Shown here piece after piece: positions 8,408 to 18,903 of a stretch of DNA of 64,000 nucleotides (its first letter is position 1; each line of letters starts with the position of its first letter). Below the pieces are notes generated by a model, which ran no database searches, was not told the origin of the DNA, and worked only from the letters and a program-made list of their open reading frames with translations. Position numbers and translations under genes: made by a program. The stretch is from a bacterium HR35 (lineage in GTDB: Bacteria > Patescibacteriota > Minisyncoccia > UBA6257 > HR35), in contig BEIL01000003.1 of NCBI GenBank assembly GCA_002898235.1, positions 2,264-66,263 on the forward strand. The letters are read 5' to 3'.

Positions 8408-9664
8408 ATGGATAAAAAGCTTTGGCAAATAATTGAAAAGGAAATAAAAAGACAAGAAGAAACATTAGAGCTTATACCTTCAGAAAATTTTGTTGATTTA
8501 GAAACTTTATTTATTGTTGGCTCACCTTTGATGAATAAATATGCTGAAGGCTATCCAGGTAAAAGATATTATCCGGGCAATAAATTTATTGATGAAATTG
8601 AAAATTTAGCTAAAGAAAGAGCTTTGAAAGCTTTTAAATTAAATCCGAGTGAATGGTCAGTAAATGTTCAGCCTTATTCAGGCTCGCCAGCAAATTTGGC
8701 TGTTTATTTAGCTTTAGCTGAACCAGGAGAAACAATAATGGGATTAAATTTATTTCATGGCGGTCATTTAACTCATGGTCATAAGGTAAGTTATACAGGA
8801 AAATTGTTTAAGGCAGTTCAGTATGGAGTTAATCCTCAAACTGAAACAATTGATTATGAAGAATTGCAAAAATTAGCTTTAGAATACAAACCAAAAATTA
8901 TTATTTCAGGAACAACCGCTTATCCAAGAGTAATTGATTTCAAAAGAATTGGAGAAATTGCTAAAAAAGTTGGAGCTTATCATGTAGCTGATATTGCTCA
9001 TATTGCTGGACTTGTTATTGCTGGCCTTCATCCCTCACCTTTTCCTTTTGCTGATGTAGTTACCATGACAACTCATAAAACTTTAAAAGGACCAAGAGGA
9101 GCAGTTATTTTTATGAGAAAGGAATTAGAAGAAAAAATTAATAAGTCTGTTTTTCCTGGACTTCAAGGAGGACCTCATATGCATACAATTAGTGGAATTG
9201 CTTATGCCTTTGGCAAAGCTTTAAAAAAAGATTTTCATAATTATCAAAAACAAATTGTTAAAAATGCAAAAGTTTTAGCTGAAGAACTTAAAAAAAGAGG
9301 TTTTAAATTATATACTGGTGGAACTGATAATCATCTAATGATGATCGATTTAAAACCCTTAAATTGGGACGGAAAAACAGCTGAAGAATTGCTTGAAAGA
9401 GCAAATATTGTTGCTAATCGCAATTCTTTGCCTTCAGATACTTCTCCTTTTAATCCAACAGGAATAAGATTAGGAACACCAGCGATCACTAGCAGAGGAA
9501 TGAAAGAAAAGGAAATGAAAATTATTGCTGAATTTTTTGAAAGAATCTTAATTAAAAAAGAAAAACCAGAAAAAATTAAAAAAGAAGTTATCAAATTAAC
9601 AAAAAAGTTTCCTTTGCCTTATTTGAGGTGGTTAAAGATGGCTAAAAAATTTATTCAGGAATAA
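8408..9664 (+). CDS. glyA: Serine hydroxymethyltransferase.
   Basis: LELIPSENF, the [15 protein letters not shown]-lysine region, 418 aa. Confidence 0.9.
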   Translation: MDKKLWQIIEKEIKRQEETLELIPSENFVDLETLFIVGSPLMNKYAEGYPGKRYYPGNKFIDEIENLAKERALKAFKLNPSEWSVNVQPYSGSPANLAVYLALAEPGETIMGLNLFHGGHLTHGHKVSYTGKLFKAVQYGVNPQTETIDYEELQKLALEYKPKIIISGTTAYPRVIDFKRIGEIAKKVGAYHVADIAHIAGLVIAGLHPSPFPFADVVTMTTHKTLKGPRGAVIFMRKELEEKINKSVFPGLQGGPHMHTISGIAYAFGKALKKDFHNYQKQIVKNAKVLAEELKKRGFKLYTGGTDNHLMMIDLKPLNWDGKTAEELLERANIVANRNSLPSDTSPFNPTGIRLGTPAITSRGMKEKEMKIIAEFFERILIKKEKPEKIKKEVIKLTKKFPLPYLRWLKMAKKFIQE

Positions 9665-9929
9665 TATGGACAATTTTTTTCCAAACTTTTTTACCACTAA
9701 AAGTTGTTTTTCTTAAAGTTTTAAATTTTACTTTACCAGCGATCAAAGCATAAAGAGTATCATCTCTTCCTTGAGCAACATTTTTTCCAGGTAAAAATTT
9801 TGTTCCTCTTTGCCTAACAATTACCATTCCAGGAAAAACAAGTTCGCCATCATGAACCTTTACACCTAAATACTTTGGGTTCGAATCTCTTCCTGTTTTA
9901 ACTGAACCACCTGCTTTTTTCTGAGCCAT
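9651..9929 (-). CDS. rpmA: 50S ribosomal protein L27.
   Basis: [24 protein letters not shown]...[14 protein letters not shown] is the L27 consensus. Confidence 0.9.
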   Translation of the reverse strand: MAQKKAGGSVKTGRDSNPKYLGVKVHDGELVFPGMVIVRQRGTKFLPGKNVAQGRDDTLYALIAGKVKFKTLRKTTFSGKKVWKKIVHIIPE

Positions 9930-9958
9930 TTTTGTTTAATAATTGAATTTTAATTTAA

Positions 9959-12900
9959 TTATATCAAATTTTCTTCTTCTAAATATCTTTTTCTAAATTC
10001 TTCGCCAATCAATGGTTTTTTGCCGATAATAACATTTTCGTTTATACCTATTAATCTATCTTCTCTACATTCTAAGGCAGCTCTTACTAAAGCCCGCGAT
10101 GTTTCTTGAAAAGAAGCAGCTGAAAGAAAACTATAAGGAGTAGAAGCTACTTTTTTAATGCCCATAAGAAGCAAAACAGCTTTAGCTGGTTTAAGTCCGT
10201 TTTTTATAATTTCTCTATTCTTTTCAATGAATAAATCTTTTTCAATAATCTCGCCAATGACAAACTCGCTATCACCTGGATCAATCACTTTTACTCGAGA
10301 AAACATTTTTCTAATAACTAATTCAATATACTTCTCGTGAATATCAGCTCCTTGATTACTATAAACACTTCTAACTTCGTTTAAGATATACTTGAAAGTT
10401 TCCATTTTTCCCTTAGTTAAGTAGATTGCCTTTGGATCAATTATTCCTTCATTTAAGATATCGCCTTTATTAACTATCTGTCCTTTTTTGACGAAAAGCC
10501 TAAATTTTGATGGAATCTTAATGCTAACTTCTTTATTTTTTCTTGTTCTAATTTTAATAAGCCAATAACGAGGAAATTCTCTGATTTCTGAAATTTTTCC
10601 CTTAACCGGCGAAAGAACTGCTTCATTTTTAGGAGTAGAGACTTCAAAAAGCTGTTTCACTCGAGGCAAATCTTGGGTAATATCTTTAGCCGAAATAACT
10701 CCTCCAGCATGAAAAGACCTCAAAACAAATTGAGTTAATCTTTCACCAATAGAATGAGTAGCAATTAAACCAACGGCTTCTCCTAGTTTTACTGGTTGAT
10801 GGGTGCTTAAATCTAAGCCATAACACTTTTGACAAACACCATAAAGGGTTTTACAAGTAAAAACAGATCTAACTTTGGCTTCTTTAATAGAACTATCTTT
10901 ATCAATCAATCTTGAAAGTTTATAGGTAATAAATTCACCAGCTCTAACTAAAATTTGTCCTTGACTATTTTTAATATCCTCTAAGGCAACTCGAGAAAAA
11001 AGAGCATCGCCAAAACTTACTCCTCGTCTTTGAGCTTCTTCTCTAGTAATTACGATTCCTTCTTTGGTTCCACAATCAATTTCTCTTACTATCACATCGT
11101 GAAGGGCTGAAGCTAAAATTCTAGTCAAATAACCAGAATGAGGAGTTTTTAAAGCTTTATCAGCAACTCCCTTTCGGGCTCCATGGGTTGAACTGAAATA
11201 TTCAAGCGGTGATAAGCCCTTAAGATATGGACTAGCAATAGGTAAATGAACTGGCTCATTAGTTGGTGTTCTAACAACACCCTTAAAAGCTACCATTTGA
11301 ATAAGCTGATCATAACTACCTCGAGCGCCAGCATCAATTAAAAGTCGAGCATTATTAGTTAAAGGAACATTTTTCTTAATATATTCTTCGGCTTTAACCT
11401 TAGCTTTAACCCAAACTTCTTGAAGTTTTAAATTTTTTTCCTCTTTATTTAAAAGACCGTTGTTATAAGCTTCTAAGATTTTTTTATGTTCTTCAAGAGC
11501 TTCGTTTAAAATTTCTTCGATTTGAGAAGGTACAGTTAAATCGCTAATACTTAAAGTGATACCTCCATGAGTAGCATATTTAAATCCTAAAGTTTTAAGT
11601 TCATCTAAAATTATAGCTAATCTTTCAATTCCGTATTTATCTAAAATTTCCAAAAGAAGAGGAATAATTGATTTTCTATTAATGACTTCATTAATAAAAG
11701 GAAAGTCACTGGGTAAGACGCGGTTAAAAATTATTCTTCCTACTGTTGTCTCTATTTTTTCTTCATTTTTAACTTTCTTAACTTTGATTTTAGCCTGAAG
11801 GTCAATTAAATTATTTTCATAAGCTAAAATGGCGTCATTTTCATCAGCAAAATATTTTCCTTCACCTTTGAGTCCATCAACCATCAAAGTTAAGTAATAA
11901 ATTCCAGCAATCATATCTTTATCTGGTCGAGCTTCAATCATTCCTGTTCCTGGTCTTAAAACATTATAAAGAGCATTCATTAATTCTCGAGCTTCTCTTT
12001 GAGCTTCTGAAGATAAAGGTAAGAAGCAACCCATTTGATCACCATCAAAATCGGCATTAAAACCAGAACAAACAAGAGGTGGAATTCTAATAGCTAAACC
12101 TTCAACTAAAATAGGCTGAAAAGCTAAAAAGCTTAATTTATGAAGGGTTGGTGGTCGATTTAAAAGGATATATCTATTTTTAATAACTACTTCCAGAGCT
12201 GAGAGAGCTTCTGGATCCATTCTTTCGATTAGATAGTTAGCTTTTTTAGTTGTTTGGACAACTCCTCTTTTTAAAAGTTCATGAATAATAAAGGGTTTAA
12301 AAATTTCTAAAGCCATCTTTTTGGGTAAACCACATTCATTAACTCTTAAAGTTGGATCAACTACAATCACCGATCTGCCAGAATAATCAACTCTTTTACC
12401 TAAAAGGTTTTGTCTAAATCTTCCTTCCTTACCCTTAAGAAAATCGCCTAAAGATTTTAAAACTTTTCTTTGACCAATAACTATCTTTTCTTTCTTAAGA
12501 GAAATGTCAATCAAAGCATCAACAGCCTCCTGAAGCATTCTTTTTTCATTCTTTAAAATAATTTCGGGAGATTTCATTTCTAAAAGCCTCTTAAGGCGAT
12601 TATTTCGATTGATGATTCGGCGGTAAAGATCGTTTAAATCCGAAGAAGCAATTTTTCCTCCTTGAAGTTGAACAACTGGACGAATATCTGGAGGCACAAC
12701 TGGTAAAATTGTCAAAATCATCCATTCTGGTCGACGATTATATTTAATAAAAGCATTGATAAATTTAAGCTTTAAGGAAAGAATTTTCTTTTCTTGAGGG
12801 TCTGCTTTAGCTAACTTTTTAATTGTTTCCTCCCTTAGTTTTTCTAAATCTATTTCTTCTAAAAATCGGCGAATAGGTTCAGCTCCCATATCAACCTCAA

Positions 12901-13531
12901 AAACTCCAGGATATTTTTTAGAAAAATAAAAATATTCAGAATCAGAAAGAACCTTTTTAACCTGAAGAGAATTTAATTCTTCTTTAATTTGCTTATAAAT
13001 CTCGGTTTTTTGCCTCTTTTCTTCTCTACTTTCAGCTTTGGCTAAAAATTCTTTATATTCTTTTTCAATTTCTTCTAAGATTTCCTTCTTTTTAGTTTCA
13101 TTTACTTGAGTAATAATATAAGCAGAATAATAAATAACTCTTTCTAAATCTCTCAAAGGAATGTCCAAAAACAACTTTAAAGGATAAGGATAAACTTTTA
13201 GATACCAGATATGTGCTACTGGACTCATTAAAGTAATATGACCCATTCTTTCTTTTCTTACTGAAGATGAGGTTACTTCGACATCACATCTTTCACAAAC
13301 AATTCCTTTAACTTGAGGCTTTTTATACTTTCCACAAGCACATTCATAATCTTTAATTGGACCGAAAATAACTTCAGAAAAAAGACCATAACGATCAGGC
13401 TTGCCAGTTCGATAATTAATTGTTTCTGGCTTTAAAACCTCTCCGTGACTCCAGCTTAAAATCTCTTCAGGAGAGGCAATCTTTAAAACTAATTTTTCTA
13501 TTTCTGAAGTTGGTTTTTTAATAAGACTCAT
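9959..13531 (-). CDS. rpoC: DNA-directed RNA polymerase subunit beta'.
   Basis: Zn-binding CxxC clusters, the NADFDGDQM catalytic motif, 1190 aa; ATGA overlap with rpoB. Confidence 0.95.
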   Translation of the reverse strand: MSLIKKPTSEIEKLVLKIASPEEILSWSHGEVLKPETINYRTGKPDRYGLFSEVIFGPIKDYECACGKYKKPQVKGIVCERCDVEVTSSSVRKERMGHITLMSPVAHIWYLKVYPYPLKLFLDIPLRDLERVIYYSAYIITQVNETKKKEILEEIEKEYKEFLAKAESREEKRQKTEIYKQIKEELNSLQVKKVLSDSEYFYFSKKYPGVFEVDMGAEPIRRFLEEIDLEKLREETIKKLAKADPQEKKILSLKLKFINAFIKYNRRPEWMILTILPVVPPDIRPVVQLQGGKIASSDLNDLYRRIINRNNRLKRLLEMKSPEIILKNEKRMLQEAVDALIDISLKKEKIVIGQRKVLKSLGDFLKGKEGRFRQNLLGKRVDYSGRSVIVVDPTLRVNECGLPKKMALEIFKPFIIHELLKRGVVQTTKKANYLIERMDPEALSALEVVIKNRYILLNRPPTLHKLSFLAFQPILVEGLAIRIPPLVCSGFNADFDGDQMGCFLPLSSEAQREARELMNALYNVLRPGTGMIEARPDKDMIAGIYYLTLMVDGLKGEGKYFADENDAILAYENNLIDLQAKIKVKKVKNEEKIETTVGRIIFNRVLPSDFPFINEVINRKSIIPLLLEILDKYGIERLAIILDELKTLGFKYATHGGITLSISDLTVPSQIEEILNEALEEHKKILEAYNNGLLNKEEKNLKLQEVWVKAKVKAEEYIKKNVPLTNNARLLIDAGARGSYDQLIQMVAFKGVVRTPTNEPVHLPIASPYLKGLSPLEYFSSTHGARKGVADKALKTPHSGYLTRILASALHDVIVREIDCGTKEGIVITREEAQRRGVSFGDALFSRVALEDIKNSQGQILVRAGEFITYKLSRLIDKDSSIKEAKVRSVFTCKTLYGVCQKCYGLDLSTHQPVKLGEAVGLIATHSIGERLTQFVLRSFHAGGVISAKDITQDLPRVKQLFEVSTPKNEAVLSPVKGKISEIREFPRYWLIKIRTRKNKEVSIKIPSKFRLFVKKGQIVNKGDILNEGIIDPKAIYLTKGKMETFKYILNEVRSVYSNQGADIHEKYIELVIRKMFSRVKVIDPGDSEFVIGEIIEKDLFIEKNREIIKNGLKPAKAVLLLMGIKKVASTPYSFLSAASFQETSRALVRAALECREDRLIGINENVIIGKKPLIGEEFRKRYLEEENLI

Positions 13532-16500
13532 GATTGTTTAACTTCTCCGCCTTGGGGTTCTGTTTTTTTGACCTCCAATTGAGAAGGAACTGGTTGAATT
13601 TTTTCTGGTTTTTCTCGGTAATGAATTTCAATATTAAGGCCAAGACCTCTAAGCTCGTTAATCAACACAAGGAAAATATTAGGAAAAGAAGAGTAATTAA
13701 TATCCTCTCCCTTAATAATACTTTCATAAGCTACCATTCTTCCCTTAACATCATCTGATTTAATAGTTAAAATTTCGTGTAAATTTTCAGTTGCTCCATG
13801 AGCTTCAATTGCCCACATCTCCATTTCTCCAATTCGTTGCCCACCAAATCGAGCCTTACCTCCTAATGGTTGTTGAGTAATTAAAGAATAAGGACCAACT
13901 GAGCGAGCATGAATTTTATCTTCAACCATATGGACTAACTTCATCACTGTCATATAACCAACTAAAACTTTTTGAGGGAATTTTTCACCAGTTAAACCAT
14001 CATAAACATTGACTTTACCATCATCTGGTAAACCAGCTTTTTTAAGTTCTTGAGCTATTTCTTCTAGGGTTAAATTAGCAAAAGGGGAAACAATAGCGTA
14101 ATAACCATTAGCTTTAGCAGCTGCTCCTAAAAGGGTTTCTAAGATTTGACCTAAGTTCATTCGGGAAATTACTCCTACAGGATTAAAAATTATGTCTAAT
14201 CGTCTACCATCAGCTAAAAAGGGCATATCTTCTTCTTTAGCAATTAAAGAAATTACTCCTTTATTTCCATGTCGATTAGCTAGCTTATCTCCTATTTGAA
14301 TTTTTCGAAGTTTAGCTATTTTTACAAAAACCCTTTTAATTACTCCTGGTTCAGAAATCTCACCCTTAGCTCTCTCTAAAATCCTTATGCCAATCACTCT
14401 TCCTTCTTTACCTGGTTCAAGATAAAGAGAGGTATCTTTAACATCGCTTACCTTTTCACCAAAAATGCTCCTTAAAAGTTTTTCTTCAGGTGTTAAAGTT
14501 TCTGTTTTCTTAGGAGTAATTTTACCAACTAAAATATCACCAGCTTTGACATAGGTTCCAATTCTTACTATTCCATCAACATCAAGATTAGCTAATTTTT
14601 CTGGAGGAACACCTGGGATATCATTAGTAGTAATTTCTCTTCCCAATTTAGTATCAACAACATCAACAAAAAATTCTTCAATATAAATAGAAGAGAAAAA
14701 GTCTTCTTTTAAAAGCCTTTCGGAAATAATAATAGCATCTTCAAAGTTATAACCATACCAAGGCAAAAAGCCAACAAGTAAATTTTGACCAAGAGCTAAA
14801 TAACCGTCTTTAATTCCCGGACCATCAGTTAAAATATCTCCTTTTTTAACTTTTTCTCCTAATTTAACCCTTGGTTTTTGATTGTAACAAGTATATTTTG
14901 AAGTCATTTCGAATTTCTTTAATTGATAAACAACTTTTTTGCCTTTATCAGTTTCAATAGTAATATGGTCGGCATCAACTTCAATTACTTTTCCATCTAC
15001 TTCGGAAACTAAAACTCTTCCTGATTCTTCAGCTGCTTTTGCTTCTAAACCAGTCATTACCAAAGGAATTTCTGGTTTAATTAAAGGCACAGCTTGTTTT
15101 TGCATATTTGTTCCCATTTGAAGTCTATTAGCATCATCATGATTACCAAAGGGTATTAAAGAAGTAGAAAGAGAAAAGGCTTGAAATGGACTAACATCAA
15201 TTAAAGTAACTTCCTCTTTTCTGACTAAAACAGCTTCTCCATTAAATCGTGCTTCAACTATTTCGTCTAAGATATTTCCTCGAGAATCAATTCTTACATT
15301 TCTTGAAGCGATAATTTCATCTTTTTCCTGATCATAAGTTAGCCAGACAAGTTCATCGGTTACTTTTCCGTTTTTTACTCTCAAATAAGGAGTTTCCAAA
15401 AACCCAAATTCATTTCGGCGAGCATACAAAGCTTTGCTTAATTTTATTCCTACAGATTGACCTTCATGAGGAGTATGGATAGGACAAATTCTTCCATAAT
15501 GAGAAGGATGGACATCTCTTACTTCTAAACTAGCTCTTTCTTTACTTACTCCACCAGGACCAGCTGCGGTAATTACTCTTTTATTTTCTATCTCTGAAAG
15601 CGGTGAAGTTTGGTCTAAAATTTGCGAGAGTCTTGAAGTGTTAAAAAATTCTAAAATGGTATTTGAAAATCTTCGAGGATGAATTATTTGGGAAAGAGCT
15701 ATTTCTTCGGTTTTGCTTACTGAACTCATTTTATCTTGAATGTCTCGGCGCAATCGAGAAAGAGCAATTCGAACTTGATTTTCTAAAAGCTCTCCCAAGT
15801 CTCTTATTCTTCGATTGTAAAGAGCGTCAACATCGTCTTTGGTAGCTAAGGGGTCATGTTGAAGTCTTAAAATTTCTTTAACTATTTCTAAAATATCTTC
15901 TTTTTCTAAAACTAAGGAGTTGGAGTTTCGTTTGAGTCTTCTATTTAGATGGAATCTACCAACTCGAGAAAGATTATATCTTTGAGGATTTAAAAAGGTT
16001 GATTCAAAATAAAAAACAGCATTATCATAGGTGTTTGGTTCAATTGGCTTCATTTTTCGATGAATTTCTAAAAGAGCCTCTTCTCTATTTTCAGTTTTAT
16101 CTCTCTTTAAAGTTAAAGTAACAATTGGAAATTCTTCGCTTTCAGAATTTTTTAAAGCTTCAAAAATTTCTTCATTAGTTTCAAAACCAAAAGCTTTTAA
16201 AATAACTGAAAAGGGAAATTTTTTTCTTCTATCAACTCTTACTTGTAAGATGTTAGTTGCTTCTACTTGAAACTCAAGCCAGGCACCTTGATGAGGAATA
16301 ACTTTAGCTCCAAAATTTCTTCTTTCTCCATACAAAACAAAATCAAAATATACTCCGGGGGATCTTAAAAGTTGATTAACAATTACCCTTTCATGTCCGT
16401 TAATAATAAATGAACCTCGAGAAGTAATTATTGGTAAATCGCCAAAATATATTTTCTGAATTTTTTCTTCTTTAGTTACTAAGTTTGTAAGTTTTAAAGT

Positions 16501-16752
16501 CACTCTCAAGGGAGCATCATAGTTAACTCCATAATAAACAGCTTCTTCTTCAGTCATTTTTGGCTCTCCTATTTCTAAATCAACAAAATCTAGTTTCAAT
16601 TCCTTTCCAGAATAATCATAAATAGGAAAAAATTCGCTAAAGGCTCTTTTTAAATCAGTTTCTAAAAATCTCTCGAAAGACTTAATCAAATCTTCTAAAA
16701 GTGATGGCGGTTCTAAAAAAGTGAATTTTGAAAAATTTTTGAAACTAATCAT
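13528..16752 (-). CDS. rpoB: DNA-directed RNA polymerase subunit beta.
   Basis: Conserved beta-subunit blocks (GEMEVWALEAHGA-like GEMEMWAIEAHGA, NRHGNKGV), 1074 aa. Confidence 0.95.
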   Translation of the reverse strand: MISFKNFSKFTFLEPPSLLEDLIKSFERFLETDLKRAFSEFFPIYDYSGKELKLDFVDLEIGEPKMTEEEAVYYGVNYDAPLRVTLKLTNLVTKEEKIQKIYFGDLPIITSRGSFIINGHERVIVNQLLRSPGVYFDFVLYGERRNFGAKVIPHQGAWLEFQVEATNILQVRVDRRKKFPFSVILKAFGFETNEEIFEALKNSESEEFPIVTLTLKRDKTENREEALLEIHRKMKPIEPNTYDNAVFYFESTFLNPQRYNLSRVGRFHLNRRLKRNSNSLVLEKEDILEIVKEILRLQHDPLATKDDVDALYNRRIRDLGELLENQVRIALSRLRRDIQDKMSSVSKTEEIALSQIIHPRRFSNTILEFFNTSRLSQILDQTSPLSEIENKRVITAAGPGGVSKERASLEVRDVHPSHYGRICPIHTPHEGQSVGIKLSKALYARRNEFGFLETPYLRVKNGKVTDELVWLTYDQEKDEIIASRNVRIDSRGNILDEIVEARFNGEAVLVRKEEVTLIDVSPFQAFSLSTSLIPFGNHDDANRLQMGTNMQKQAVPLIKPEIPLVMTGLEAKAAEESGRVLVSEVDGKVIEVDADHITIETDKGKKVVYQLKKFEMTSKYTCYNQKPRVKLGEKVKKGDILTDGPGIKDGYLALGQNLLVGFLPWYGYNFEDAIIISERLLKEDFFSSIYIEEFFVDVVDTKLGREITTNDIPGVPPEKLANLDVDGIVRIGTYVKAGDILVGKITPKKTETLTPEEKLLRSIFGEKVSDVKDTSLYLEPGKEGRVIGIRILERAKGEISEPGVIKRVFVKIAKLRKIQIGDKLANRHGNKGVISLIAKEEDMPFLADGRRLDIIFNPVGVISRMNLGQILETLLGAAAKANGYYAIVSPFANLTLEEIAQELKKAGLPDDGKVNVYDGLTGEKFPQKVLVGYMTVMKLVHMVEDKIHARSVGPYSLITQQPLGGKARFGGQRIGEMEMWAIEAHGATENLHEILTIKSDDVKGRMVAYESIIKGEDINYSSFPNIFLVLINELRGLGLNIEIHYREKPEKIQPVPSQLEVKKTEPQGGEVKQS

Positions 16753-16884
16753 AAAAAGGAGGTTGGGTACTCCTCTAAAAATTTATTAAAAGTTTTATTT
16801 CATCGCTTGTTAAAACTTTTAAATATTTTATCATAAAAAATTTAGCTCTGTCAAGAAGAAATTTTAATAAAAAATTCAATATTG

Positions 16885-16969
16885 CGGAGGGGGTGGGACT
16901 CGAACCCACAAGGCCACAAGGGCCACCGGTTTTCAAGACCGGCGCATTAGCCAATTCTGCCACCCCTCC
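16885..16969 (-). tRNA. tRNA-Ser (anticodon TGA), type II with a long variable arm.
   Basis: Manual cloverleaf: acceptor ggagggg/cccctcc, anticodon stem ccggt/accgg with loop cttgaaa, long variable arm. Confidence 0.75.
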
Positions 16970-16970
16970 A

Positions 16971-17042
16971 TGCCCCCAACCGGATTCGAACCGGTATTTC
17001 CAGCTTGAGAAGCTGGTGTCCTAACCATTAGACGATGGGGGC
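16971..17042 (-). tRNA. tRNA-Glu (anticodon CTC).
   Basis: Manual cloverleaf: acceptor gccccca/tgggggc, anticodon loop ttctcaa, T-loop ttcgaat. Confidence 0.7.
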
Positions 17043-17043
17043 T

Positions 17044-17126
17044 TGGGCAGGGAGGGATTCGAACCCTCACGGCTAAAAGCCACAAGGTCCTAAACCTTGC
17101 GCGTCTGCCAATTCCGCCACCTGCCC
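17044..17126 (-). tRNA. tRNA-Leu (anticodon TAG), type II.
   Basis: Manual cloverleaf: acceptor gggcagg/cctgccc, anticodon loop tttagga, long variable arm, T-loop ttcgaat. Confidence 0.75.
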
Positions 17127-17142
17127 TTAATTTAATTATAAC

Positions 17143-17379
17143 TCACTTAAAAATCCCAGAAATTATACTTGGTATTGTTAAAGCTAAAAAAATTATTACA
17201 ATTCCTATAATTAAAGGCAAAATTTTGGAATGAACTTCTTGAGCACCTTTTTGACCACCTGTCATATAACGAAAGCCATAATAAATCAAAACAATAACCA
17301 ATAAAAATAAAATAAAATTAAAAAGAATTCTAAAAAAATTCCAAAAAATTTTCAAAATTTCTGGCGAAATTAAATCCAT
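17143..17379 (-). CDS. Small two-helix membrane protein, one TM1-loop-TM2 unit of a pilin-like family (TrbC/VirB2-like architecture), no signal peptide.
   Basis: YMTGGQKGAQEVHSKILPLIIGIVII shares the loop/TM2 pattern with the five genes upstream. Confidence 0.45.
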   Translation of the reverse strand: MDLISPEILKIFWNFFRILFNFILFLLVIVLIYYGFRYMTGGQKGAQEVHSKILPLIIGIVIIFLALTIPSIISGIFK

Positions 17380-17380
17380 T

Positions 17381-18043
17381 TTATTCTAAACTAAAAAAGA
17401 ATCTTTCAATAAGTTTAACAATTGTAAAAGAAGCAAAGGAAATTATTATGCCAATAAAAATGTAAAGAAAATTTTTATGAACTTCTTGTGATTTTTCTGG
17501 TCTAGCAATATAGTTAAAACCAGTCCAAACAAGCAAAACAACTGAGGCTACAAAAACTGCTTTATATAAAAGACTAATAGCTAAATAAATTAAATAAATA
17601 AAACAAAGAGACCAACTTCCCAAGGGCAAGGTTGAGGTTTGAAAAACAGAAGGAATCTCTATTCCCCCGCAACTAATACTTTCTGGAGGTTCGTATTCTG
17701 GGAGCTGCTCAGCAAAAACAAAATTAATAAAACCGGCTCCTAAAATTGCAGCTATTAATTTAACAATAGCAAAAGCAAGTAAAGCGACTACTAAGCCAAT
17801 TATTGCCCATAAAATTCTTTGATTCACTTTCTGAACATTTTCAGATTTATCTCCTTGACTCATATAAAGAAAACCAGCCCAAGCAAGCATCAAAGCTGAA
17901 AAACCTACAGCAATTACGCTAACATAAACTAAAAGAGTTTCGAAAATAGAAAAAAAACAGTCAAGAAAACTTTTATCAGCACATAAAATTGGAGGCAAGC
18001 TAGGAAAAGTAGAGGTAGAAATTTGAGCTACCAATTCAAACAT
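17381..18043 (-). CDS. Membrane protein made of two tandem pilin-like TM1-loop-TM2 units (internal duplication).
   Basis: Unit a is AWAGFLYMSQGDKSENVQKVNQRILWAIIGLVVA; unit b is VWTGFNYIARPEKSQEVHKNFLYIFIGIIIS. Confidence 0.45.
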   Translation of the reverse strand: MFELVAQISTSTFPSLPPILCADKSFLDCFFSIFETLLVYVSVIAVGFSALMLAWAGFLYMSQGDKSENVQKVNQRILWAIIGLVVALLAFAIVKLIAAILGAGFINFVFAEQLPEYEPPESISCGGIEIPSVFQTSTLPLGSWSLCFIYLIYLAISLLYKAVFVASVVLLVWTGFNYIARPEKSQEVHKNFLYIFIGIIISFASFTIVKLIERFFFSLE

Positions 18044-18426
18044 TAAATTTGAAGATTAAAAATTCTAGCAATTAAAACTGAAACTGCCCAAGAAAGAATA
18101 GCTACTACTAAACCAATAAGAGCATACATCAATTTACCTCTAGCAGCTTTAACTTTCTCTTCACTTTCTCCGCTGCTCATAAATGTCCAAGCTGCCTGAA
18201 AAATACTAATTCCTGCAAAAACTACTGCCACAATAGCTAGAATAACAAAAACGCCCCTGGCTATACATAGAATTCTTCCAACCGGATCTTGAACTTGATC
18301 AATACATTCAGAAATTATAGGTATCCTTTCAACTGGTCCCTGGTCTTGAGCTAAAGTTAAATTAGAAGAAAATAATAAATTAAAAACTAGAAGAGAAATT
18401 AAAAGGATTGTAGATAATTTTTTCAT
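18043..18426 (-). CDS. Secreted/membrane pilin-like protein (signal peptide, Cys-pair ectodomain, TM1-loop-TM2); TrbC/VirB2-like.
   Basis: Signal peptide MKKLSTILLISLLVFNLLFSSNLTLA, CIDQVQDPVGRILC, then FAGISIFQAAWTFMSSGESEEKVKAARGKLMYALIGLVVAILS. Confidence 0.5.
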   Translation of the reverse strand: MKKLSTILLISLLVFNLLFSSNLTLAQDQGPVERIPIISECIDQVQDPVGRILCIARGVFVILAIVAVVFAGISIFQAAWTFMSSGESEEKVKAARGKLMYALIGLVVAILSWAVSVLIARIFNLQI

Positions 18427-18504
18427 TTAATTTTTTCAATAAATTTTTCGACCTTTGCTTTAAAAAGATTTTAATTAAAAAAATGTTAAAAATCAAAAAA
18501 AATG

Positions 18505-18903
18505 TTAAAATCCAGGACCACCTAAAATAAACCTAATAAGGGTAAAAACACCAGAAATTATAAGCAAAACAAAATAACCGACGACTGCTTCTTTAATATA
18601 TCTCCAACCTATATCCCTAGCATCTGGTTTAAAAGTTATTAAAAGAAACCAAAAACCACCAACTATTATTTCTAAAGTTAAAACAAAAGGTGCAATATAA
18701 AGAATAAAATTCCAAATTCTTTGAATAATCTCTAAAATACTAAAAAATTCACAAGCCTCTCTACCAAAAATTCCAGGCGGACAGACACTAATTGTTGCTT
18801 CTGTCCAAGTAACTACTACCTTACCGGGTTCTTTAATTTCAAGTTGGGCAAAAACTAAACTAAAACTTAAAAATAAAATTAAAAATAAAAAAAATTTTTT
18901 CAT
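18505..18903 (-). CDS. Secreted/membrane pilin-like paralogue.
   Basis: Signal peptide, CPPGIFGREAC, then VGGFWFLLITFKPDARDIGWRYIKEAVVGYFVLLIISGV. Confidence 0.45.
   Translation of the reverse strand: MKKFFLFLILFLSFSLVFAQLEIKEPGKVVVTWTEATISVCPPGIFGREACEFFSILEIIQRIWNFILYIAPFVLTLEIIVGGFWFLLITFKPDARDIGWRYIKEAVVGYFVLLIISGVFTLIRFILGGPGF

Noticed and set aside
13534-16000. Small ORFs (60-97 aa) antisense or out of frame inside rpoB, rpoC, rtcB, glyA, the aldo/keto reductase, the TrpD-like protein and others (e.g. 6833..7126, 10158..10340, 14939..15121, 15663..15845)
   Set aside because: All are nested in long, motif-verified CDSs on the other strand or frame; they are typical random ORFs of AT-rich DNA.
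16775-16963. 62-aa ORF on the minus strand
   Set aside because: It lies entirely over tRNA-Ser and the rpoB upstream region; the GC-rich tRNA sequence creates a spurious open frame.
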